32,000 bases of DNA from Candidatus Saccharimonadota bacterium (GTDB taxonomy: Bacteria > Patescibacteriota > Gracilibacteria > UBA4473): assembly GCA_965228485.1 (NCBI GenBank), contig OZ245819.1:270001-302000 (forward strand), written 5' to 3'. A program made the translations under genes and the position numbers. Every line of letters starts with the position of its first letter. Positions within the stretch are counted from its first letter, which is position 1. A model generated the notes under the pieces. It made no database searches. It was not told where the DNA came from and saw only the letters and a program-made list of their open reading frames with translations. Shown here piece after piece: positions 1 to 8,981 of this stretch.

Positions 1-1440
1 TCCAATCATTACTGTCATAGGAAACCATCCCCACCACATGATCATTTCATTGCTGTATCCTTCATAGTTTTCGGCCAGCTCTTTTGGTAGTGTTTGCCAA
101 TACAAAATTAAAAATACTGCAGGCGCTAAAAATTTTACCAAGTAATCAAAGAGTATTCCTAAGTCAATGTCTGACACGTGAGCAATAAAAATTCTCAGTC
201 GCTCAATTGGTAATAACCATCCAATAACGATTAACTGTAATAGAATTGTCCAGTAAAATAAGTGTCCAAAAACAAAGTGATCAAGAATATCGAGATGGTA
301 CAATCCATTTCCACCAGCAAAACACAGAGACCAAAAAAAGAAAATCATACACAAGAATGCCGTCCATTTTTCACGAGGGATATTTTGCAAATGAGAAAAC
401 TGACGTCTTACAGCTTCCGAAATAGTTTCAATCATCGCAAAGAGGGAATCTATAGCGAGCGTTAAAATTGATATAAAAAATATCAATGCAAAGATTTTTG
501 CCCCAATGGGCAGAAGGGCTAAGGCCGTCGGGAAGGTTACAAAAGCGAGTGTTGGCCCAGAAGTAACTACTTCAGAAATAAGCTGTGAATTTTCTTTCGC
601 CATCCAACCAAGGGTTCCAAACATAGCCAATCCTGCCACTAAACTCACTAATGCATCCCCAAAGGCAATTAAAACTCCACTCTGAATAACTTTTTGCCGT
701 TGAGCATTGAAACTCGCATAAAGAATCGTCAATCCCATACCAATATTCATGGAGAAAAAAGCCTGAGTAATAGCATTTTTCCAGAGTGTAACATTAGACA
801 ACTGAGACCAGTCTGGAACTAAAAAATAAGCAAAACCAGTTTCTGCTCCTGGAAGAAATAAACTGTTGATAAATAAAATAAATAACAACACAAAGGGCAG
901 GGGAACAGACCATTTTACAACGGCTCCAACAGATTTTAAGCCCTTAAAGATGCAAAAATAAACCAAGGTATAAGTCAGTATAAGACCAAGAATTACCGGC
1001 CAGGAAAATCCGCCAAACACTTCTGGTTTATCTGATAAATTTAAGATTCTTTCATGAAAAAATGAAGTCGCATCATTCCCCCAGGCAAGGGTAGGACTCG
1101 CTAATAAGAAATCCATTCCCCAGGCAATAATTGCCGCATAATATCCCGCAACCAAAGTTAATACTGAAATCACCAACCATCCCACAAAGCGTCCAAAACG
1201 ACCAGCTGTGTGAGAAAAAGCCTGTACAACTTCTGTTTGAGCTCTTTGTCCAAAAGCCACTTCCATAATGACAAGTGGTAATCCAAAGGCGAATAATATA
1301 ACAAGATAGGCAAACAAAAAAGCTCCTCCACCATTTTCATAAACCATATAAGGAAACCTCCAAAGATTACCAAGCCCTGCAGCAGCACCAATGGCTGCAA
1401 GAATGAAAACCCATTTTGATGACCATACCTGTTTGTACAT
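1..1440 (-). CDS. Sodium-dependent transporter, neurotransmitter:sodium symporter (NSS/SNF) family; C-terminal end runs off the window
   Basis: Absent from the ORF track because no stop codon lies in the window. The reverse frame from ATG 1440-1438 stays open for all 480 codons down to position 1; I checked it codon by codon. The translation starts MYKQVWSSKWVFILAAIGAAAGLGNLWRFPYMVYENGGGAFLFAYL, which carries the NSS signature GxGNxWRFPY...NGGGAF. Many hydrophobic helices follow. Confidence 0.85.
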   Translation of the reverse strand, partial: MYKQVWSSKWVFILAAIGAAAGLGNLWRFPYMVYENGGGAFLFAYLVILFAFGLPLVIMEVAFGQRAQTEVVQAFSHTAGRFGRFVGWLVISVLTLVAGYYAAIIAWGMDFLLASPTLAWGNDATSFFHERILNLSDKPEVFGGFSWPVILGLILTYTLVYFCIFKGLKSVGAVVKWSVPLPFVLLFILFINSLFLPGAETGFAYFLVPDWSQLSNVTLWKNAITQAFFSMNIGMGLTILYASFNAQRQKVIQSGVLIAFGDALVSLVAGLAMFGTLGWMAKENSQLISEVVTSGPTLAFVTFPTALALLPIGAKIFALIFFISILTLAIDSLFAMIETISEAVRRQFSHLQNIPREKWTAFLCMIFFFWSLCFAGGNGLYHLDILDHFVFGHLFYWTILLQLIVIGWLLPIERLRIFIAHVSDIDLGILFDYLVKFLAPAVFLILYWQTLPKELAENYEGYSNEMIMWWGWFPMTVMIG

Positions 1441-1506
1441 TTTTGATAGAAGTTAAAAACAAAAAAACTCTCAGGTTAATATGAGGAGCTTTGTGTATTT
1501 ATTTTT

Positions 1507-1522
1507 TGAAAGTTAACTTTCA
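1507..1522. promoter_or_regulatory. Perfect 16-bp palindrome TGAAAGTTAACTTTCA in the divergent intergenic region between the NSS transporter and rsmI; candidate operator
   Basis: Read directly from the sequence; it is its own reverse complement. No binding protein can be assigned. Confidence 0.3.
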
Positions 1523-1613
1523 TTCTTCATAGTTTGTAATAAAAGGCAAATTTTTATTAATTACACATTCATAAACGTCTAGGTTTTATAAAGAAATAGT
1601 ATACAATAATCAT

Positions 1614-2297
1614 ATGGAAAAACTGTATATTGTAGCAACTCCAATTGGGAATCTTAACGATATAACGTTTAGAGCTATCGAAACGCTAAAAGAAGTTTCT
1701 TTTGTGGCGGCAGAAGATACTCGACAAACAAGAAAACTTTTTGATAAGTATGAAATTGATACCCCCCTTTTGTCTTTTCACGCTCAAACATCTGACCAGA
1801 AAACAAATCAAATTATAGATCGTATAGCAAAAGGAGAGTCTGCGGCTCTTGTTAGCGATGCTGGAACCCCTTGTATATCAGACCCGGGTTTTAGGCTGGT
1901 AAAACTAGCCAATCAAAAAAATATTACCGTTATCCCTATTCCGGGAGCATCAGCGCTAACAACACTCATCTCTGCTAGTGGTTTTCCGGTCGACACCTTT
2001 ACCTTCCACGGCTTTATGCCTCATAAAAAAGGACGTCAAACACTGATTAAATCTTTTGCTGATGCCGAAATATCTCATATTTTTTATGAGTCAGTACATC
2101 GGTTTCCCAAACTTCTCTCTGAACTTGAAGAATATTTAGAAGACAATCGAATGATTTGCGTTGGGAGAGAGCTTACCAAAATACATGAAGATATTTTTCG
2201 AGGTAGCATTTTCGAGGCAAAAGAGTATTTTAATACGGAGAATACAAGAGGGGAGTTTGTAATTATTGTGGCCCCAAAAAAATTTACTATCACATGA
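1614..2297 (+). CDS. rsmI: 16S rRNA (cytidine1402-2'-O)-methyltransferase RsmI
   Basis: 227 aa. The N-terminus LYIVATPIGNLNDITFRAIETLKEVSFVAAEDTRQTRKLF and the segments SDAGTPCISDPG and IPGASA are typical of the RsmI / tetrapyrrole-methylase fold. Confidence 0.9.
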   Translation: MEKLYIVATPIGNLNDITFRAIETLKEVSFVAAEDTRQTRKLFDKYEIDTPLLSFHAQTSDQKTNQIIDRIAKGESAALVSDAGTPCISDPGFRLVKLANQKNITVIPIPGASALTTLISASGFPVDTFTFHGFMPHKKGRQTLIKSFADAEISHIFYESVHRFPKLLSELEEYLEDNRMICVGRELTKIHEDIFRGSIFEAKEYFNTENTRGEFVIIVAPKKFTIT

Positions 2298-2572
2298 CAC
2301 AAAAACTATTGGCCGACAAAAGAGCCCGAATCAATGAAATTGATGCTGGCATCCTTGCACTCCTAGATGAAAGAATGAAGCTCGCTATTGATATTGCTCA
2401 GATTAAAAAAAGCACAGGGAAAGATATCGAAGATCTCGCTCGGGAAACTGAATTATTAGAAGGACTTAAGACCTTAAATACTGACACCTGCATGCCAGAT
2501 GAAAAAATACTAGAGATTTGGGGAAAAATCCTAGAACTCTCAAAAAAAATTCAGGAGGACGAGCCTTCTTAA
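2294..2572 (+). CDS. Chorismate mutase, AroQ (type II) single-domain protein
   Basis: 92 aa. The pattern R-x-x-I-D-x-x-D-x-x-(I)L-x-LL-x-ER-x-x-L-A-x-x-I-A-x-x-K...RE-x-x-LL matches the AroQ helical chorismate mutase pattern (KRARINEIDAGILALLDERMKLAIDIAQIKK...ARETELLEGL). Its start overlaps the rsmI stop (ATGA), which implies translational coupling. Confidence 0.65.
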   Translation: MTQKLLADKRARINEIDAGILALLDERMKLAIDIAQIKKSTGKDIEDLARETELLEGLKTLNTDTCMPDEKILEIWGKILELSKKIQEDEPS

Positions 2573-3717
2573 TCGTTGATTTTATAAATCTGAAGACGCG
2601 GCTTGGTTTCTACCTGTCTACGATTCGTGGTAAAGCCTCCATGGATATTACTTGAAGAGATTGAGTTCCCACTTTGTAAGTACTCAGGAGAAATTAGACT
2701 TTGAGAACCAATTTTTAAGATCAGACTATCTCCATCATCAGCCTGAGAATTTATCCGACCAGAAACTACTATCTGAGCATTCGCCGGGATTTCGAAACTT
2801 GAATCAAACAAAAGGCCTGTTTCGCCATTTTTATGATCAAAATTATTCGTACTATCAACTTCATAACCATTTATATAAAGTCTAAAATCACGAAAAGTCT
2901 CTTCAAAATCTAATACTTCGTTATCAATAGAGTTGCTATTTTTATCTTTTGCCTTAGCGTTTCCTGAAAGAGAAACAAACATCCCATCGACGGCAATATC
3001 AACTTTACTCCGAAGAGAAGTACTCAAAAATACTACCCCCTTTGCTCCAGGGTTATAGCTTCTTTGTAAGTAGTTGCTATTAATAGAGCTATATTGATTC
3101 TTTGTCGTATATGAAGGAGTGTAACGACTGCTGGAATAACGATAATTACGAGAACCATAATAACGACTTGGCCGATAATAACTTCCTCCAGAAATAGAAA
3201 TACTCCCAGCTTTGGTTCTATATACTTTCATTTTTACATTATCACAGTCTTCACATTCGGCATACATTCCTGTCGTCATTTCTTTGGCTAGAACATCCTC
3301 TGGATCCCTAATCCCTAATTGGATAGTTTTGTTGTATCGAGCGTATTGAAGATTTCCCTTAATAGTTAGAATCAAGCTGTCACCTGGGCCAATTAAAGTT
3401 TCGTCAAAAAGGATGGTAACGGTTTTACGATCTATACGAGCAGAATGTCCAACAAGATTATGGTTATTGTAGACTTCAATAGAACTAAAACTTTCTTTTA
3501 GATTTAGCGTTCCATAATTTTTAAAATCAATACGTTCTAAACTCAAATATTTTCGCCCTTCATTTGTAAATCTGAAACGAGCAATCTCACTCGTTTGTCC
3601 CACTGAAATTAATGATGTACTGCCCAAAGGGGTAATAGCAATTTCCGAAACGCTATAGGCCTGAACATTAGCCCAAAAGAAACCTAATAATCCCAGTAAA
3701 AAATATTTATATGACAT
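2569..3717 (-). CDS. Secreted hypothetical protein with a duplicated beta-rich domain and a Tyr/Ser/Arg-rich linker
   Basis: The ORF track gives 2569..3777. I prefer Met21 (ATG 3717-3715) because MSYKYFLLGLLGFFWANVQA is a signal peptide and the longer start would overlap the ribB stop. Both halves end in a related motif: PGDSLILTIKGNL and DGDSLILKIGSQSL. The linker is GGSYYRPSRYYGSRNYRYSSSRYTPSYTT. Confidence 0.7.
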   Translation of the reverse strand: MSYKYFLLGLLGFFWANVQAYSVSEIAITPLGSTSLISVGQTSEIARFRFTNEGRKYLSLERIDFKNYGTLNLKESFSSIEVYNNHNLVGHSARIDRKTVTILFDETLIGPGDSLILTIKGNLQYARYNKTIQLGIRDPEDVLAKEMTTGMYAECEDCDNVKMKVYRTKAGSISISGGSYYRPSRYYGSRNYRYSSSRYTPSYTTKNQYSSINSNYLQRSYNPGAKGVVFLSTSLRSKVDIAVDGMFVSLSGNAKAKDKNSNSIDNEVLDFEETFRDFRLYINGYEVDSTNNFDHKNGETGLLFDSSFEIPANAQIVVSGRINSQADDGDSLILKIGSQSLISPEYLQSGNSISSSNIHGGFTTNRRQVETKPRLQIYKIND

Positions 3718-3769
3718 ATGAATATTCTGACATATTTTCTGACGAATACCTAAAAGTATTTGTGACGGA

Positions 3770-4366
3770 TTAATCAAGCAATGCTTCTTTGAGTTGAACC
3801 AAATTCATCATTGGAAGGTTTAATTCCTCGGCCATAAGTGAGACCTCATTAAAAGTAGCTTTTTCACCTTCTGTATTGAGAATTTCGCAAATAGTAACGA
3901 CTGGAATTTTTTCTACTTTTTGAGCCAGTCCAACCGCCGCTTCTGTATGTCCAAATCGTTCTGAAAAATCTTCTACAGCTCTCAATGGAAATGTGTGTCC
4001 TGGAACTGAAAAGTCATTTCTCGTAGCTTTTGGATTAGCGAGCATAGAGATCGTTTTACTTCTGTCACTCGCAGAAACTCCAGTAGTAATCCCTTCCTTC
4101 ACATCTACTGTTACACAAAAATTTGTTGAGTGAGGCTCGTCATTTTCTTCGACCATTAGCGGTAAATCAAGTGTATCTATAACCTCTGCACTACAAGCCG
4201 TACAGATCATTCCTTTTCCCTTTTCCATTAAAAAATTAATTTTTTCTGGAGTCACATATTCTGAGAGTACAAAAAAGTCAGCCTCATTTTCTCGATGTTC
4301 ATCAAAAACAATTACCATTTCACCAGCAGAAAAAACATCAAAAAAACGTTCTAGTGTGACATTCAT
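3770..4366 (-). CDS. ribB: 3,4-dihydroxy-2-butanone 4-phosphate synthase (monofunctional RibB)
   Basis: 198 aa. It contains FDEHRENEADFF, the MICTA region and FGHTEAAVGLAQ, all typical of DHBP synthase. There is no fused GTP cyclohydrolase II domain. Confidence 0.9.
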   Translation of the reverse strand: MNVTLERFFDVFSAGEMVIVFDEHRENEADFFVLSEYVTPEKINFLMEKGKGMICTACSAEVIDTLDLPLMVEENDEPHSTNFCVTVDVKEGITTGVSASDRSKTISMLANPKATRNDFSVPGHTFPLRAVEDFSERFGHTEAAVGLAQKVEKIPVVTICEILNTEGEKATFNEVSLMAEELNLPMMNLVQLKEALLD

Positions 4367-4369
4367 AGT

Positions 4370-4789
4370 TTAATTTATCATATTCGCAAAAAGCTGTTTC
4401 ATTTCTAATGCCGTCTGAGCAAATTCTGCCCCATGATTTTTTCTATCAATAGCTTGACTCGCATTATGGCAAGCTAGCACCCCCTGAATAATTGGTACTC
4501 CCGTATCAAGGGATAATTGAGTCAAGCCATCGGTTACAGATTTTGAAACCAGTTCATAATGATCAGACTCTCCTTTGATAACACACCCAAGAGCAATAGC
4601 AGCTTGGTAAGACTCTACATCGTTATCTAAAAAATGTTTGATCGTTACAGGAATCTCAACGGCTCCAGGAACTCTGATAAGTTTATAAGCTTCATCAGCG
4701 GCTTCTAAAACTTCGATAGCTGAACCAATTAATGACTGTATTACATTGTCTTCAGATTTATCAAACTGGGAAGCTACAATTAAAATCAT
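4370..4789 (-). CDS. ribH: 6,7-dimethyl-8-ribityllumazine synthase
   Basis: 139 aa. VPGAVEIPV, ALGCVIKGESDHYELVSKSV and TGVPIIQGVL match the lumazine synthase family. Its stop lies 3 nt upstream of the ribB start. Confidence 0.9.
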   Translation of the reverse strand: MILIVASQFDKSEDNVIQSLIGSAIEVLEAADEAYKLIRVPGAVEIPVTIKHFLDNDVESYQAAIALGCVIKGESDHYELVSKSVTDGLTQLSLDTGVPIIQGVLACHNASQAIDRKNHGAEFAQTALEMKQLFANMIN

Positions 4790-4825
4790 TTCACTAGGAT
4801 GTTAGAGATTCTAAAAAAAATAGCG

Positions 4826-4854
4826 AAAAAAAAAGCTGGAGAAATTCTCCAGCT
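4826..4854 (-). terminator. Rho-independent terminator downstream of the V-ATPase B gene
   Basis: A 9-bp stem pairs AGCTGGAGA (4834-4842) with TCTCCAGCT (4846-4854). On the minus strand an 8-nt U-run follows, corresponding to the A-run at 4826-4833. Confidence 0.7.
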
Positions 4855-4881
4855 TTAAACTCTAAATATTGGATACTTAAA

Positions 4882-6264
4882 TTATTTTTTATCCTTGTGA
4901 TCAGGATGAAAAGCATCAATGGTTTTTTGATTAAGACGTTTAAGTTCTGAAACTGGGAATGGTCTTAGAAGTTCCCATCCTAGCTCTAGAGAATCAATAA
5001 TATTTCGATCAGAATCAAACCCTTGTCCTACAAATTCTTTTTCGAATTTATCAGCAAACTGTAGATAAGTTTTATCAACATCAGATAGTGAACTTTCTCC
5101 CAATACTACCGCCAGTTCTCGCACATCTTTACCTCGTGCGTAACAAGCAAAAAGTTGATCTTTTAATTTTGAGTGGTCATCTCGAGTTTTTCCTTCTCCC
5201 ATTCCAGCCCCTGCTAGTCGAGAAAGAGATTTTAGTACATCTACTGGAGGAGCAATTTGTTTTTGGTGAAGACCTCGATCCATTACAAATTGTCCTTCGG
5301 TAATATATCCCGTTAGATCTGGAATTGGATGTGTAATATCATCTTCTGGCATAGATAGAATCGGCATTTGAGTTACTGAACCATCTCGTCCTTTAATCCG
5401 TCCAGCTCGTTCATAAATTGTTGAAAGATCCGTATACAGGTATCCTGGATAACCTCGTCGTCCTGGAACTTCTTTACGTGCCGCTGATACTTCTCGAAGT
5501 GCTTCAGCATAGTTTGTCATGTCCGTAAGAATAACCAGTACATGTTTTCCTTTTTCGAAGGCTAAATACTCAGCTAGTGAAAGAGCCATTCGTGGAACTG
5601 AAATTCGTTCTACTACAGGATCCGCCGCAGTATTAACAAAAAGTGTCGCTTTCTCAATGGCTCCTGTTCGTTCAAATTCTTTTTGGAAGAACATCGCTTC
5701 TTCAAAGGTTACTCCCATCGCACCAAAAACCACGGCAAAGTCTGAACCGTCATTTACTTTTGCATTTCGAGCAATCTGTACGGCAAGTTCTGCATGAGGA
5801 AGACCAGAGCCTGAAAAGATCGGAAGTTTTTGCCCTCGTACAAGCGTATTCATCACATCAATCGTAGATACTCCAGTCTGAATAAAGTCAGAAGGAAATG
5901 ATCGGGAGTAAGGATTAATAGATTGACCAGAAATATCAATTTGAGATTCGGCTAGAATTTCAGCTCCTCCATCAATAGGTGCCCCAGCACCATTAAATAC
6001 TCGTCCAAGCATATCTTCTGAAACTCCTAAGGTAGCAACTTTTCCTAAGAATTTTGCTTTTAATCCTGTTGTTCCAAGTCCCTGAGTTGATTCGAACATT
6101 TGAACCATGGCTCTGTTTCGGTTTACTTCCAAAACTTTCCCCATTTTAGTGGTACCATCGGCAAGAGTTACCTCTACCAACTCTTCATATTTTGCTCCTT
6201 CAACTCCGTCTACAACTAGAATTGGACCAGCAATCGATTGAATGTTTTCGTACGCTTTTTGCAT
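4882..6264 (-). CDS. ntpB: V/A-type ATP synthase subunit B (non-catalytic)
   Basis: 460 aa. The N-terminus is [22 protein letters not shown]...GKVLEV. The degenerate P-loop region [17 protein letters not shown] and the segments [14 protein letters not shown] and [22 protein letters not shown] are all characteristic of V/A-type B subunits. Confidence 0.95.
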   Translation of the reverse strand: MQKAYENIQSIAGPILVVDGVEGAKYEELVEVTLADGTTKMGKVLEVNRNRAMVQMFESTQGLGTTGLKAKFLGKVATLGVSEDMLGRVFNGAGAPIDGGAEILAESQIDISGQSINPYSRSFPSDFIQTGVSTIDVMNTLVRGQKLPIFSGSGLPHAELAVQIARNAKVNDGSDFAVVFGAMGVTFEEAMFFQKEFERTGAIEKATLFVNTAADPVVERISVPRMALSLAEYLAFEKGKHVLVILTDMTNYAEALREVSAARKEVPGRRGYPGYLYTDLSTIYERAGRIKGRDGSVTQMPILSMPEDDITHPIPDLTGYITEGQFVMDRGLHQKQIAPPVDVLKSLSRLAGAGMGEGKTRDDHSKLKDQLFACYARGKDVRELAVVLGESSLSDVDKTYLQFADKFEKEFVGQGFDSDRNIIDSLELGWELLRPFPVSELKRLNQKTIDAFHPDHKDKK

Positions 6265-6297
6265 GATTTAAATTAACTTAAATGTGATTTCTCGCGG

Positions 6298-6328
6298 ATT
6301 CTATGAATGATTTGGTCGATGTCAAAGG
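6298..6328 (-). promoter_or_regulatory. Sigma70-like promoter of ntpB: CCTTTGACA-16 nt-TAGAAT followed by CCGCGAG
   Basis: On the minus strand TTGACA is at 6325-6320 and TAGAAT at 6303-6298, with a 16-nt spacer. The same 9-mer CCTTTGACA and a G+C-rich discriminator recur upstream of ntpD. Confidence 0.5.
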
Positions 6329-6387
6329 TTTGAAGTTACTTTTTCTAACTTTCTTGCACGAAGAGAAAAAATATTTTATTTTGGCTA

Positions 6388-7125
6388 GTGATGAGAATGA
6401 AATTTGGTGAAGAGTTAATTGAGCCAAAAGGTGTTATTTTTGATGTTGATGGAACGGCTACAAACACTGAACCGCTAATGATCAATTATAATTTACAGTT
6501 ATTACAAGAGAGCGTTTTTTATCTTCATTTTATACAAGCTATAGCCCCTTTTCAGTTTTCAGACCTTCCGAGATATCCTGGAAAGGATATGAAAGGACAC
6601 ATAATGCTTTGGATTCAAAACTATGCTGATGGGTGTGAAGATCTCACTGCTATGTTTCGTCAATTTTATCTAGGATGGCTTTCCAGCTTAGAGGCTCTTT
6701 GGCATGAACATCAAGAACGGATAGAAGTTTTCCCTGATTTTGCAGTATTTCTTTCTCATTTAGAAGAAGCTAATACGCCATATACTTACGCAACAAATAA
6801 TCAAAAAGCCGTATCAAAAGTTATTTTAACCAAAGCGAATCTTGGTTCTGGGAATAGGGGATTAACTACCGCAACAGAAAGTCGCAAACCTAAACCACAT
6901 CCAGAAATTCATATGCGAGCCTTGATGAAACTGGGAATTCCAAAAGAAGATGTCATATCTGTTGGAGATTCTGAGGGGGATATGGAATCAGCTATGACGG
7001 CAGGAGTCGGAAGGGGAGTACTTATTGATAGAAAACAAAAATCACCTCCAGAATTGGTAGGTGATTTTCAGAATAAGGTTTTAAGGGTTAGTCAGTTAAC
7101 GGACTTAGTTATTTCTTCTCAATAA
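6388..7125 (+). CDS. HAD-superfamily hydrolase (subfamily IA, phosphatase-like)
   Basis: 245 aa. HAD motif I is [10 protein letters not shown] (DxDxT). The basic motif is SRKPKPHPE. Motif IV is [15 protein letters not shown] (GDxxxD). Confidence 0.8.
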   Translation: MMRMKFGEELIEPKGVIFDVDGTATNTEPLMINYNLQLLQESVFYLHFIQAIAPFQFSDLPRYPGKDMKGHIMLWIQNYADGCEDLTAMFRQFYLGWLSSLEALWHEHQERIEVFPDFAVFLSHLEEANTPYTYATNNQKAVSKVILTKANLGSGNRGLTTATESRKPKPHPEIHMRALMKLGIPKEDVISVGDSEGDMESAMTAGVGRGVLIDRKQKSPPELVGDFQNKVLRVSQLTDLVISSQ

Positions 7126-7714
7126 CTTTATCAATGAGTCCGTATTTACCATACTTAACCGCATCATGAGCCTTAATAAAGTTATCACGATCACAATCGG
7201 TGACAATCTGTTCTTTATCCTGTCCAGTGCAATTATGGATCATATCATAAAGAATATTTTTGGTATCTAAAATATGCTTTGCATGAATTTCAATATCTGA
7301 AGCCTGACCTTCGGTCCCTCCAAGTGGCTGATGAATCATGACTTCAGAGTGGGGAAGGGCGAATCGTTTTCCGCGTGTCCCGGACATCAAAATCATCGCT
7401 CCCATACTTGCTGCCATTCCAACACAAACCGTGGAAACATCGGGCTTAACGTAATTCATCGTATCGATCATTGCTAGCCCTGCTGAAACAGATCCTCCAG
7501 GAGAGTTTACATAAATAGTGATATCTTTTTTGTCATCTTCGGATTCTAAAAAGAGCAACTGAGCAATTACAAGATTAGCAATATTGGCATCAATAGCCGT
7601 TCCCACAAAGATCACCCTATCCTTTAGTAGCCGAGAGTAGATATCAAATGATCTCTCACCATTCTCCGTTTGTTCGATCACCATCGGAACCAAATGATTT
7701 TGTATTTTAGACAT
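7109..7714 (-). CDS. clpP: ATP-dependent Clp protease proteolytic subunit
   Basis: 201 aa. [36 protein letters not shown], the catalytic Ser context GMAASMGA and the His context VMIHQP are all present. Confidence 0.95.
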   Translation of the reverse strand: MSKIQNHLVPMVIEQTENGERSFDIYSRLLKDRVIFVGTAIDANIANLVIAQLLFLESEDDKKDITIYVNSPGGSVSAGLAMIDTMNYVKPDVSTVCVGMAASMGAMILMSGTRGKRFALPHSEVMIHQPLGGTEGQASDIEIHAKHILDTKNILYDMIHNCTGQDKEQIVTDCDRDNFIKAHDAVKYGKYGLIDKVIEKK

Positions 7715-7784
7715 AATTTATAGCAATTTAAATTCTCCCTACTTTAGCACAAAACAACACTTTTAAAAAGTATTTAGCCTTGAG

Positions 7785-8942
7785 TTACTTCTTTTTTTGT
7801 TTTGAACCAACAATAAAGGCAACTACCCCAATTAATGCCGCTCCAATCAAGCCAAACCAAAACCAGTTTTTCTCACCAGAAATAGTGGCAGAGTCTCCAT
7901 CAACGGCCCTGGTATCACAAGCGTCACCTCGACCATCACGATCTCTATCGGATTGATCAGGATTTTCAATAAGCTTACAATTATCAATAATATCTCCTTT
8001 ACCGTCACGATCTATATCTGACTGATTGTAGTTTTTAGCCTCGAGAGCATTATCACATTTATCACCAATTTTATCCTCATCTCGATCTTTTTGATTCTTA
8101 TTCTCAACAAACACACAATTATCTTCTGTGTTAATCACGCCATCGCCATCAATATCTTCGTTTGAGAGGGGATTAAAGGCTGTCTTTGAAGTTTTAGCCA
8201 TTATATCTACCTCTAATGGCTCTGAAACTCTTTCTAAATACCTTTTAGAATTCACTGCAGGATTCCCAAATAAGACTCGATAACGAGCTGAAGGCTCTGC
8301 TTCAAAATAGATTAAGGCTTTTGGTTTTACATAAAGATTTACATCTTCTAGACGAATATTATTTCCCCAAAGTCGAATTTCCATATAACGAAGGGGGGGA
8401 AAGTCTAAATCAGTAAAAGTTTGGAACGCCGTCTTTCGTTTAATAGTTTTTAGCTGATCTTCACGAACACCACCTTTTAATTCATATCCAGGAATATTGG
8501 CCGTATCTACTGGCCAAAGCTCTAAACGGTGAAGGTATACTATTTCCCCAAAATCTAACCAGATAGTTGAAGCTTCTGCTCCATCTGATTTCTCATCAAA
8601 AGCAAATTTTGTCAGTCGATTATCATCTAAAAGGTTGCTAGGGGAGACATTGTTTCTAGCTGAACTTACCTTGAGCGTTTCGAGTTTATCTACTTGAGTT
8701 GCTGGAATATCAAACAGCGTAAAAGGCACTTCCTCATTTTGATCATTCACCAATTGAAGTCGGGAAAAATCAACATCATTATTGGAAATTACATCTTCTG
8801 TTAACTCAATTCCTACCATTTTCTTGGCATCAAATAGGGTATTAACCTTTTGTTCAAAAGCATATTCGCTTACATTAGGTGCTGCAGCGTTTGCAACTTG
8901 AACACAAAAAATACTCAAAAATAGTAACGATAAATTTTTCAT
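7785..8942 (-). CDS. Membrane-anchored surface protein with thrombospondin type-3 (Ca-binding) repeats
   Basis: 385 aa with signal peptide MKNLSLLFLSIFCVQVANA. Two 35-aa units match the TSP type-3 pattern DxDxDGxxDxxDNC...NxxQxDxDxDGxGDxCD; they span residues 263-297 and 309-343 (nt 7914-8156). The C-terminus is a TM anchor followed by a basic tail, WFWFGLIGAALIGVVAFIVGSKQKKK. Confidence 0.75.
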   Translation of the reverse strand: MKNLSLLFLSIFCVQVANAAAPNVSEYAFEQKVNTLFDAKKMVGIELTEDVISNNDVDFSRLQLVNDQNEEVPFTLFDIPATQVDKLETLKVSSARNNVSPSNLLDDNRLTKFAFDEKSDGAEASTIWLDFGEIVYLHRLELWPVDTANIPGYELKGGVREDQLKTIKRKTAFQTFTDLDFPPLRYMEIRLWGNNIRLEDVNLYVKPKALIYFEAEPSARYRVLFGNPAVNSKRYLERVSEPLEVDIMAKTSKTAFNPLSNEDIDGDGVINTEDNCVFVENKNQKDRDEDKIGDKCDNALEAKNYNQSDIDRDGKGDIIDNCKLIENPDQSDRDRDGRGDACDTRAVDGDSATISGEKNWFWFGLIGAALIGVVAFIVGSKQKKK

Positions 8943-8981
8943 AATTTTAGTTTTTTAAGAACTATAAAATTTTTGTTTTAA

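Noticed and set aside
262-1400. ORF-track entries 262..465 (+) and 1170..1400 (-)
   Set aside because: Both lie inside the 480-codon NSS transporter reading frame, one antisense and the other out of frame, and neither has any recognisable motif. They are by-products of the real gene, which the track missed because it has no stop codon in the window.
3718-3777. 20-codon N-terminal extension of the 402-aa secreted protein
   Set aside because: Met21 starts a textbook signal peptide. The longer form would overlap the ribB stop and would bury the signal peptide.
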